A DNA stretch of 13,994 nucleotides, taken from Naegleria gruberi (lineage: Eukaryota). Below, piece by piece: positions 1-8,620 of this stretch (positions are counted from its first letter, which is position 1; the number at the start of each line of letters is the position of its first letter). The notes under the pieces were generated by a model. It did no database searches, was not told the origin of the DNA, and saw only the letters and a list, made by a program, of their open reading frames with translations. The stretch lies in assembly GCA_000004985.1 (NCBI GenBank), contig GG738989.1. One strand, written 5' to 3'. A program made the position numbers and the translations under genes.

Positions 1-228
1 AAACCCAAACCCAACCCAAACCAAAACCCAAACCCAAACCCAAACCCAAACCCAAACCCAAACCCAAACCCAAACCCAAACCCAAACCCAAACCCAAACC
101 CAAACCCAAACCCAAACCCAAACCCAAACCCAAACCCAAACCCAAACCCAAACCCAAACCCAAACCCAAACCCAAACCCAAACCCAAACCCAAACCCAAA
201 CCCAAACCCAAACCCAAACCCAAACCCA
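1..228 (-). repeat. Telomeric repeat array (CCCAAA)n on + strand = (TTTGGG)n G-strand on minus strand, ~38 units, terminal
   Basis: Direct: perfect 6-nt periodicity from ~30 to 228. The first five units are degenerate (aaaccc aaaccc aaccc aaacc aaaaccc). The array abruptly stops at ...aaaccca|cgactaagg. The C-rich strand reading 5'->3' at the left edge is the orientation expected for a left chromosome end. Confidence 0.9.
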
Positions 229-1030
229 CGACTAAGGTCAGACCCAACCTTTTGACTTTTATTCTTCTTAATTAATTATCTCAATAAATACTCATTATAA
301 ATCAATATATTATATATCAATATACTCCAAATTGAATATATAATCATAATATAACATAATATTACATCATTATAATGACTTATATAAGTTAATTTCATAT
401 AATAGATTAGACAATTAGAATATCAATGAAAACATTTCAAAATCATTTCAAATCAATATATCACCTTTTAAATCATGTTAATAACAATATATATCAATTT
501 CAAATACTTTGGTATCATTTCAGGATGTTTACTATTCAACTTGTCAACTGACCTATACTAACACTGAAGATAGAAATCTTTTCCACTTCAATTCACTTCT
601 AATACATCTATACATGATAATTAAATATATCTATTTGATTTTGAAGATCATCCATATCATACATGGTACTTGGCTGATCTACTTGACACCTACAGGGATG
701 TGACAATTACATCCACTATACAGATCATCATGAAACTGATACAGTACCTTACTAGTGGTGTACAAACACTAGTATATCAGTTTCAAGACAATATGAAATC
801 ATCCAACATGTCAGGAGTGTAATCATGAGAATTATGAATGTCAAAATAGTCAAATGATATTAATTTTAAAATATTTCAATTATAATATCATATATAGATC
901 AATAAATCATGGTATATCAATAATTGGTATTGAATTTCATATCAATTCATTCAAACCTTAATGACCTATCCTTAGATGACCAACGCAATTTTAAACTATC
1001 ATGAATCATATAACTGTTGATACCATTGTG
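229..1030. other. Subtelomeric AT-rich non-coding region (G-depleted on + strand), recurrent atcaata/atatcaat motifs
   Basis: Stops in all frames. Only a 64-aa low-complexity ORF (509-703) is present. Strong C>G and A>T skew on the + strand, continuous with the telomere C-strand. Repeated short motifs include atttcaaa x2 at 421-445 and atatcaat at least 8 times. Confidence 0.6.
731..785. repeat. Nested imperfect inverted repeat / hairpin (11-bp outer stem, 7-bp inner stem)
   Basis: Direct: outer stem tgaaactgata (731-741) is the exact reverse complement of tatcagtttca (775-785). Inner stem actagtg (751-757) pairs with cactagt (767-773), with a 9-nt loop gtgtacaaa. Confidence 0.6.
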
Positions 1031-4000
1031 NNNNNNNNNNNNNNNNNNNNNNNNNNNNNNNNNNNNNNNNNNNNNNNNNNNNNNNNNNNNNNNNNNNNNN
1101 NNNNNNNNNNNNNNNNNNNNNNNNNNNNNNNNNNNNNNNNNNNNNNNNNNNNNNNNNNNNNNNNNNNNNNNNNNNNNNNNNNNNNNNNNNNNNNNNNNNN
1201 NNNNNNNNNNNNNNNNNNNNNNNNNNNNNNNNNNNNNNNNNNNNNNNNNNNNNNNNNNNNNNNNNNNNNNNNNNNNNNNNNNNNNNNNNNNNNNNNNNNN
1301 NNNNNNNNNNNNNNNNNNNNNNNNNNNNNNNNNNNNNNNNNNNNNNNNNNNNNNNNNNNNNNNNNNNNNNNNNNNNNNNNNNNNNNNNNNNNNNNNNNNN
1401 NNNNNNNNNNNNNNNNNNNNNNNNNNNNNNNNNNNNNNNNNNNNNNNNNNNNNNNNNNNNNNNNNNNNNNNNNNNNNNNNNNNNNNNNNNNNNNNNNNNN
1501 NNNNNNNNNNNNNNNNNNNNNNNNNNNNNNNNNNNNNNNNNNNNNNNNNNNNNNNNNNNNNNNNNNNNNNNNNNNNNNNNNNNNNNNNNNNNNNNNNNNN
1601 NNNNNNNNNNNNNNNNNNNNNNNNNNNNNNNNNNNNNNNNNNNNNNNNNNNNNNNNNNNNNNNNNNNNNNNNNNNNNNNNNNNNNNNNNNNNNNNNNNNN
1701 NNNNNNNNNNNNNNNNNNNNNNNNNNNNNNNNNNNNNNNNNNNNNNNNNNNNNNNNNNNNNNNNNNNNNNNNNNNNNNNNNNNNNNNNNNNNNNNNNNNN
1801 NNNNNNNNNNNNNNNNNNNNNNNNNNNNNNNNNNNNNNNNNNNNNNNNNNNNNNNNNNNNNNNNNNNNNNNNNNNNNNNNNNNNNNNNNNNNNNNNNNNN
1901 NNNNNNNNNNNNNNNNNNNNNNNNNNNNNNNNNNNNNNNNNNNNNNNNNNNNNNNNNNNNNNNNNNNNNNNNNNNNNNNNNNNNNNNNNNNNNNNNNNNN
2001 NNNNNNNNNNNNNNNNNNNNNNNNNNNNNNNNNNNNNNNNNNNNNNNNNNNNNNNNNNNNNNNNNNNNNNNNNNNNNNNNNNNNNNNNNNNNNNNNNNNN
2101 NNNNNNNNNNNNNNNNNNNNNNNNNNNNNNNNNNNNNNNNNNNNNNNNNNNNNNNNNNNNNNNNNNNNNNNNNNNNNNNNNNNNNNNNNNNNNNNNNNNN
2201 NNNNNNNNNNNNNNNNNNNNNNNNNNNNNNNNNNNNNNNNNNNNNNNNNNNNNNNNNNNNNNNNNNNNNNNNNNNNNNNNNNNNNNNNNNNNNNNNNNNN
2301 NNNNNNNNNNNNNNNNNNNNNNNNNNNNNNNNNNNNNNNNNNNNNNNNNNNNNNNNNNNNNNNNNNNNNNNNNNNNNNNNNNNNNNNNNNNNNNNNNNNN
2401 NNNNNNNNNNNNNNNNNNNNNNNNNNNNNNNNNNNNNNNNNNNNNNNNNNNNNNNNNNNNNNNNNNNNNNNNNNNNNNNNNNNNNNNNNNNNNNNNNNNN
2501 NNNNNNNNNNNNNNNNNNNNNNNNNNNNNNNNNNNNNNNNNNNNNNNNNNNNNNNNNNNNNNNNNNNNNNNNNNNNNNNNNNNNNNNNNNNNNNNNNNNN
2601 NNNNNNNNNNNNNNNNNNNNNNNNNNNNNNNNNNNNNNNNNNNNNNNNNNNNNNNNNNNNNNNNNNNNNNNNNNNNNNNNNNNNNNNNNNNNNNNNNNNN
2701 NNNNNNNNNNNNNNNNNNNNNNNNNNNNNNNNNNNNNNNNNNNNNNNNNNNNNNNNNNNNNNNNNNNNNNNNNNNNNNNNNNNNNNNNNNNNNNNNNNNN
2801 NNNNNNNNNNNNNNNNNNNNNNNNNNNNNNNNNNNNNNNNNNNNNNNNNNNNNNNNNNNNNNNNNNNNNNNNNNNNNNNNNNNNNNNNNNNNNNNNNNNN
2901 NNNNNNNNNNNNNNNNNNNNNNNNNNNNNNNNNNNNNNNNNNNNNNNNNNNNNNNNNNNNNNNNNNNNNNNNNNNNNNNNNNNNNNNNNNNNNNNNNNNN
3001 NNNNNNNNNNNNNNNNNNNNNNNNNNNNNNNNNNNNNNNNNNNNNNNNNNNNNNNNNNNNNNNNNNNNNNNNNNNNNNNNNNNNNNNNNNNNNNNNNNNN
3101 NNNNNNNNNNNNNNNNNNNNNNNNNNNNNNNNNNNNNNNNNNNNNNNNNNNNNNNNNNNNNNNNNNNNNNNNNNNNNNNNNNNNNNNNNNNNNNNNNNNN
3201 NNNNNNNNNNNNNNNNNNNNNNNNNNNNNNNNNNNNNNNNNNNNNNNNNNNNNNNNNNNNNNNNNNNNNNNNNNNNNNNNNNNNNNNNNNNNNNNNNNNN
3301 NNNNNNNNNNNNNNNNNNNNNNNNNNNNNNNNNNNNNNNNNNNNNNNNNNNNNNNNNNNNNNNNNNNNNNNNNNNNNNNNNNNNNNNNNNNNNNNNNNNN
3401 NNNNNNNNNNNNNNNNNNNNNNNNNNNNNNNNNNNNNNNNNNNNNNNNNNNNNNNNNNNNNNNNNNNNNNNNNNNNNNNNNNNNNNNNNNNNNNNNNNNN
3501 NNNNNNNNNNNNNNNNNNNNNNNNNNNNNNNNNNNNNNNNNNNNNNNNNNNNNNNNNNNNNNNNNNNNNNNNNNNNNNNNNNNNNNNNNNNNNNNNNNNN
3601 NNNNNNNNNNNNNNNNNNNNNNNNNNNNNNNNNNNNNNNNNNNNNNNNNNNNNNNNNNNNNNNNNNNNNNNNNNNNNNNNNNNNNNNNNNNNNNNNNNNN
3701 NNNNNNNNNNNNNNNNNNNNNNNNNNNNNNNNNNNNNNNNNNNNNNNNNNNNNNNNNNNNNNNNNNNNNNNNNNNNNNNNNNNNNNNNNNNNNNNNNNNN
3801 NNNNNNNNNNNNNNNNNNNNNNNNNNNNNNNNNNNNNNNNNNNNNNNNNNNNNNNNNNNNNNNNNNNNNNNNNNNNNNNNNNNNNNNNNNNNNNNNNNNN
3901 NNNNNNNNNNNNNNNNNNNNNNNNNNNNNNNNNNNNNNNNNNNNNNNNNNNNNNNNNNNNNNNNNNNNNNNNNNNNNNNNNNNNNNNNNNNNNNNNNNNN

Positions 4001-4866
4001 NNNNNNNNNNNNNNNNNNNNNNNNNNNNNNNNNNNNNNNNNNNNNNNNNNNNNNNNNNNNNNNNNNNNNNNNNNNNNNNNNNNNNNNNNNNNNNNNNNNN
4101 NNNNNNNNNNNNNNNNNNNNNNNNNNNNNNNNNNNNNNNNNNNNNNNNNNNNNNNNNNNNNNNNNNNNNNNNNNNNNNNNNNNNNNNNNNNNNNNNNNNN
4201 NNNNNNNNNNNNNNNNNNNNNNNNNNNNNNNNNNNNNNNNNNNNNNNNNNNNNNNNNNNNNNNNNNNNNNNNNNNNNNNNNNNNNNNNNNNNNNNNNNNN
4301 NNNNNNNNNNNNNNNNNNNNNNNNNNNNNNNNNNNNNNNNNNNNNNNNNNNNNNNNNNNNNNNNNNNNNNNNNNNNNNNNNNNNNNNNNNNNNNNNNNNN
4401 NNNNNNNNNNNNNNNNNNNNNNNNNNNNNNNNNNNNNNNNNNNNNNNNNNNNNNNNNNNNNNNNNNNNNNNNNNNNNNNNNNNNNNNNNNNNNNNNNNNN
4501 NNNNNNNNNNNNNNNNNNNNNNNNNNNNNNNNNNNNNNNNNNNNNNNNNNNNNNNNNNNNNNNNNNNNNNNNNNNNNNNNNNNNNNNNNNNNNNNNNNNN
4601 NNNNNNNNNNNNNNNNNNNNNNNNNNNNNNNNNNNNNNNNNNNNNNNNNNNNNNNNNNNNNNNNNNNNNNNNNNNNNNNNNNNNNNNNNNNNNNNNNNNN
4701 NNNNNNNNNNNNNNNNNNNNNNNNNNNNNNNNNNNNNNNNNNNNNNNNNNNNNNNNNNNNNNNNNNNNNNNNNNNNNNNNNNNNNNNNNNNNNNNNNNNN
4801 NNNNNNNNNNNNNNNNNNNNNNNNNNNNNNNNNNNNNNNNNNNNNNNNNNNNNNNNNNNNNNNNNN
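1031..4866. other. Run of 3836 N (assembly gap or masked sequence); content unknowable
   Basis: Direct: all N. The six-frame ORFs of X residues across it are artefacts. Confidence 0.99.
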
Positions 4867-6173
4867 AAAAGATATTGAGTTGACAACTCTATCATTTTAC
4901 TATAGAACTTTGACATAAAAACAAAGATTATGCTCCAAATCACTTATTTTATATGTAATTAGTCTAGAATTGATAACACAAATTCTATACACCATTTATA
5001 TACATCTATACAAGTTTAGAAACAATTCATGATACTTTCATTCAGTCAATCAGTAAATGTTCAATGTCAATATGCTTATATCCAATTGTACACTCTGTCT
5101 CAATGAAAGTATATCCAAACATCATGTAACTTTACCAGATACATTTATTCACACTGATATACATCTGGTATCAATTTTAGTGTTTTAGAATTGAATTCAA
5201 TATGATAATAATAACAATCTGTCAAATTGTCATATTTCAACATATAGAATGAATACCATCTCAGTCAGTTTACAAAATATCATACTTGTATCAAATATGA
5301 ATACACTTCCCTTGATGAGGAGAACAATCTGAGAAAGTTTTATATTCATGGCAACATTCCATCTAAGGTAATCAAAAGGGAAGAATCTTAATTTCAAAAT
5401 TAATTTTTACCATCATATCCAAAATCCAAATCATTGAATAATGAATTAATTATACAAGAATAATACATTCAATTATTATATTCATGTCAGTAATCAGTGA
5501 AGGTGACACTTCTTTCACCTTATACACATCTCAATATCTAGACTGTCTATTCCACTGAAACTTGAAATATTACCTATCCAGATGATATAATGATGACTCT
5601 CCATAGTAACATACATGTGAAATTGAATATTGACACTTTTCATCTTGTTATATTTATAGAGATGGTATCCAACAGAGTCAGTTCACAATCTTAAATATTG
5701 AAACTCATTCTGTATGACATACGTGATGTATAGAACGGTTTTTTTATTGAATGTAATCAGTTTGAAACAATTTGATGAAATTGACACTGTCTAATCACCT
5801 TTACATGACAAATAGTCCATTGCTTACATTCCATCTCAGTCACTTCAGCGATTTATTGGTTAATTCCACCAACAGTATGTTTCTCATACATTTTAGTACA
5901 GTTTATATTTCAAGAGTGATTTCTGTGTAGATTATTATAATCGTAATTCCATGCAATACCAATAAAACTCAGTAGAAGAGTTAATTCTTCTCATTTTCAA
6001 ATAGATTATTCAATATAGAACACATCTAGATATTAATATAATATAATCAATGATATGAATCTTCACTAAGTAATCTATTAAATAACCCAAATAAATCAAC
6101 TCTGAATCCTAACCTTACACCTTTTATTTAATAAATATTAAATTTTATAAGGTTAATCTTTTCCAATTGATTC
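4867..6173. other. Stop-rich non-coding block downstream of the NHL gene, containing degenerate internal repeats
   Basis: No ORF of 60 aa or more in any frame. + strand is A/C-rich and G-poor. Repeated motif families: ccatctcagtca (5257, 5834), agtcagtt[t/c]aca (5266, 5678), gtaatcagt..tgacact..tcacctt (5489-5527 and 5749-5805), gaaattga..cact (5621, 5775). Small hairpin aaggtga/tcacctt at 5501-5524. Confidence 0.5.
6123..6128 (-). terminator. Candidate AATAAA polyadenylation signal for the NHL gene (~45 nt 3' of its stop)
   Basis: + strand tttatt at 6123-6128 reads aataaa on the minus strand, downstream of the TAA stop at 6174-6176. Confidence 0.4.
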
Positions 6174-7241
6174 TTAAACAATTTGACAAATTAAAATCAA
6201 ATCATGATATGATTTTGGGAATGGTTTGATTGGTGATTTCTTTCTTGGTGGTCCAATATGTGGATATTGTTGGAAATCAAATGGAACATCTCCTGAATAT
6301 CCAAATACATCTCCAATTCCAGCAATTATTTTCATATTTCCATTCTTGAAAATCTTTCTTACGCAATGATTATAGTAGTCAGCAAAATAAACTTGATTTT
6401 TTGAATCAACAAATATTCCTTTTGGCCAACTAAGTGTTGTTCTTGTTGCTAATTTATAATCTCCATTATATCCTTTTTTTCCTGGAATTCCTGCAATGTT
6501 TTTGATGATTCCATTGGGTAATATCTTTCTTATCACTTGATTGTCTAAATCTGAAAAGTAAATTTCATCATTGTGAACAAAGAGAGAATTAGGGTTGTTC
6601 AAACTTGTATCAGTGGCATTCCTTCCATCTCCATTGTATCCTTCAATTCCATTTCCTGCAATTGTGTGGATGATTCCATCACGATCAATTTTTCTAATCC
6701 TATTACTGAAGGAATCTGCAATGTAAATTTCATCTTTGTATTGAAATACACTACAAGGGTGTTTCAATGAACTCAATGTTGCCAATTGATTATCTCCATC
6801 GTATCCTTCAATTCCATCTCCAGCAATTGTTGTAATGATTCCATTTCTATCAATCTTTCTCACACGATGATTTCTTCTATCACAAAATAATACTTCATCA
6901 TCATCAGTAACAAAAAGACCACAAGGAGAGTTCAAGTTTGCATTTACAGCCAATTGATCATCTCCATTGTATTCTGTTTCACATGTTCCGGCAATTTTTG
7001 TCATGATTCCAAATTCATCAATCTTGTAAATCAAATGACGCTCATTTTCCGAAATATAAACTTGATTTGATGATGAAACAACAATAGAAGATGGATTATA
7101 CAATGATGCACGCTCATTTCCTGCAATTGTTACAATTTGACCATTCCGAAGCAATTTTCTCACTCGATCATTACCCGTATCAGCAATAAATACTTCGTCA
7201 TTGGAAACAAAAATGGCACTAGGGTTATCGAGTTTTGACAT
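6174..7241 (-). CDS. NHL-repeat beta-propeller protein, six NHL blades, 355 aa, single exon
   Basis: ATG at 7241-7239 (minus), TAA at 6176-6174. Six tandem ~45-aa repeats, each with the L-N-x-P-x-x-[IL]-[FV]-V...[IV]-x-[VF]-[SA]-D...N-x-R-[VI]-R-K-[IL]...G-x-[IV]-x-T-I-A-G signature separated by GY[ND]GD linkers, which is the NHL repeat family. The ORF extends upstream to 7310, but that part begins with TTG and has an in-frame TAG at 7328-7326, so the first ATG (residue 24 of the ORF) is taken as the start. Confidence 0.85.
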   Translation of the reverse strand: MSKLDNPSAIFVSNDEVFIADTGNDRVRKLLRNGQIVTIAGNERASLYNPSSIVVSSSNQVYISENERHLIYKIDEFGIMTKIAGTCETEYNGDDQLAVNANLNSPCGLFVTDDDEVLFCDRRNHRVRKIDRNGIITTIAGDGIEGYDGDNQLATLSSLKHPCSVFQYKDEIYIADSFSNRIRKIDRDGIIHTIAGNGIEGYNGDGRNATDTSLNNPNSLFVHNDEIYFSDLDNQVIRKILPNGIIKNIAGIPGKKGYNGDYKLATRTTLSWPKGIFVDSKNQVYFADYYNHCVRKIFKNGNMKIIAGIGDVFGYSGDVPFDFQQYPHIGPPRKKSPIKPFPKSYHDLILICQIV

Positions 7242-7501
7242 TTTTTTGCTATATACTCGACTATGTTTTTTGAAGTTCGCTGGAATATTGTTAATCAAGT
7301 GAATTTTCAAATTTCTTCCATCACTCTAATCTGTACTAGTTGCAATACAATAACCATTTCTATAAATTGTTTGAAATGATAACAGTGAGTTGTGGAGGAT
7401 TGAGATGAATAAGGTTTTTACAACAGTTATTCCAATAAAATTTGGAAAGATTGCACTTGAAAAGTTCTCAGATTTCCAAATATTGCATTAAAATTCAGTG
7501 C

Positions 7502-7507
7502 TTTATT
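7502..7507 (-). terminator. Candidate AATAAA polyadenylation signal for the P4-ATPase gene (~45 nt 3' of its stop)
   Basis: + strand tttatt at 7502-7507 reads aataaa on the minus strand, just downstream of the TAA at 7552-7550. Confidence 0.4.
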
Positions 7508-7549
7508 TTACAACCAAAATCACATTTACATAGTCCTAAGGTTGAAAAC

Positions 7550-8059
7550 TTATTTGATGAACTGCATCTCCTTTCTAATTTGTTTTCTTTTTTCTTGTAA
7601 CTCATAGAGGAAATTTCTATCATACATTCTCACAAAACCTTTCCAGAAAATATCACGAAGGCAACATGCAAAGGCAACCAACATTAGAATGAAATAAAAT
7701 TGAGGTGAGAGGAAAATTCTCCATCTCTGTGTGATACTGTAGGTTTCAGAAAGGACAGGATAAGGATACTTGATTAGATAATAAACACTTCCGTATGAGA
7801 AGACAAATGCAGGAAATGAAAGATAAAATCCAAAATAAAAGAGACAATGTACAATGGTCCAAGAGGCTGTCTCAATTGCCAACTTGAATAATGTTACAGC
7901 CAGAACACAGGAATAAACTGCAATTCCAATAGTTTGTGTATCAATATCTTGTCCATCAATGAATTTGCTATCCACTAAACAATAGTATGGAATGAAGAAA
8001 CAAATTGTAGAATGGAATACTGCATTCACAATCCATGAAATGAATATTTTGGCATTGAA
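7550..8059 (-). CDS. P4-type ATPase (phospholipid flippase), terminal exon: TM segments 7-10 and short C-tail, stop TAA
   Basis: Translation FNAKIFISWIVNAVFHS...FKLAIETASWT...CCLRDIFWKGF...ELQEKRKQIRKEMQFIK* matches the conserved P4-ATPase C-terminal membrane domain (ATP8A/Drs2 family). The exon starts immediately after an AG at 8061-8060 (minus strand), phase 0. Confidence 0.88.
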   Translation of the reverse strand, partial: FNAKIFISWIVNAVFHSTICFFIPYYCLVDSKFIDGQDIDTQTIGIAVYSCVLAVTLFKLAIETASWTIVHCLFYFGFYLSFPAFVFSYGSVYYLIKYPYPVLSETYSITQRWRIFLSPQFYFILMLVAFACCLRDIFWKGFVRMYDRNFLYELQEKRKQIRKEMQFIK

Positions 8060-8105
8060 CTATTCGAAGATAATTAATAAATTAAAACAAGTAACTTGAA
8101 CTTAC
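8060..8105 (-). other. Intron (46 nt), donor GTAAGT, acceptor ...AATAG
   Basis: Minus strand: YPELYFQGQKNRY|gtaagttcaag...cgaatag|FNAKIF. The in-frame TAG stop of the ORF track coincides with the acceptor AG. Flanking exons align contiguously to the P4-ATPase family. Confidence 0.8.
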
Positions 8106-8494
8106 ATATCTGTTTTTTTGTCCTTGGAAATAAAGTTCTGGATACTTTTCAGCAATATAATCAGGTACATCTCTATCCATAAATGCGAGGGCAACAATTG
8201 GAAGTCCAGTGAAAATTGTGTTATAGAGTGCTATTGTCCAATTATCATGAAGTGAAGCTCCTGAATAGCCATTATAAATATTGAACCACAATTGAGTTAA
8301 GAAGAAGAGAATATTCTTGTAGAAAACATAAACCACCAACTTGGAAACTCTTCTATAGTTCCATCTTCCATGAACGAGTAATAAACGTTTGAGGAATCTA
8401 AATTGGCCAATTGCATAATCTGAAGCATTGACAGCTTGTAAACCTTCCATTCCTGAAATTCCAATTCCAACATTGGCACTTTGAATCATGCTCA
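8106..8494 (-). CDS. P4-type ATPase internal exon (post-hinge region to start of TM segments)
   Basis: (V)SMIQSANVGIGISGMEGLQAVNASDYAIGQFRFLKRLLLVHGRWNYRRVSKLVVYVFYKNI...YPELYFQGQKNRY is the near-invariant P4-ATPase block following the GDGANDV motif. The first codon is split (phase 1) with the upstream exon. Confidence 0.9.
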
Positions 8495-8534
8495 CTTTAG
8501 AAAGTTAATTATTAAAACTGTGTTTTGAACTTAC
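8495..8534 (-). other. Intron (40 nt), donor GTAAGT, acceptor ...CTAAAG, phase 1
   Basis: Minus strand: ...AIGDGSND(g)|gtaagttcaaaacacag...ctaaag|(tg)SMIQ. Splicing restores the GDGSNDVSMIQ motif exactly. Confidence 0.85.
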
Positions 8535-8620
8535 CGTCATTACTACCATCTCCAATTGCCAACGTTACACAAGTTACATTATTTTTGATTAACAATACAA
8601 TGTCAGATTTTTGCTTTGGA
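8535..8620 (-). CDS. P4-type ATPase exon fragment (PKQKSDIVLLIKNNVTCVTLAIGDGSND...), continues 5' into the N-block
   Basis: Contains the P-type ATPase hinge motif GDGxND preceded by VTLAIGDG, as in ATP8A-type flippases. The upstream part of the gene (about 850 aa expected) is hidden in 8621-12169. Confidence 0.85.

Noticed and set aside
509-703. 64-aa + strand ORF in the subtelomere
   Set aside because: Low-complexity I/Y/L/K-rich translation typical of AT-rich non-coding DNA. No start context and no conservation signal.
999-4943. Three 1288-1314 aa 'ORFs' on both strands across the first N-block, and the equivalent X-filled ORFs at 8525-12461 across the second
   Set aside because: They consist almost entirely of X translated from N. 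Only the flanks are real: the 8535-8620 minus-strand flank is flippase coding, and the 12170-12461 + strand flank is listed separately at low confidence.
6573-6770. 65-aa + strand ORF
   Set aside because: Lies antisense inside the well-supported NHL-repeat CDS, so it is a shadow ORF.
8297-8479. 60-aa minus-strand ORF
   Set aside because: Alternate frame inside the flippase exon 8106-8494. The flippase frame is supported by strong family conservation.
6174-8495. ORF-track 'M' starts at 7310 (TTG), 8029 (GTG), 8495 (GTG) and 13482 (GTG)
   Set aside because: These are bacterial-style alternative initiators. In this eukaryotic context the first at 7310 is in-frame leader, and those at 8029 and 8495 are internal Val codons at or near exon boundaries.
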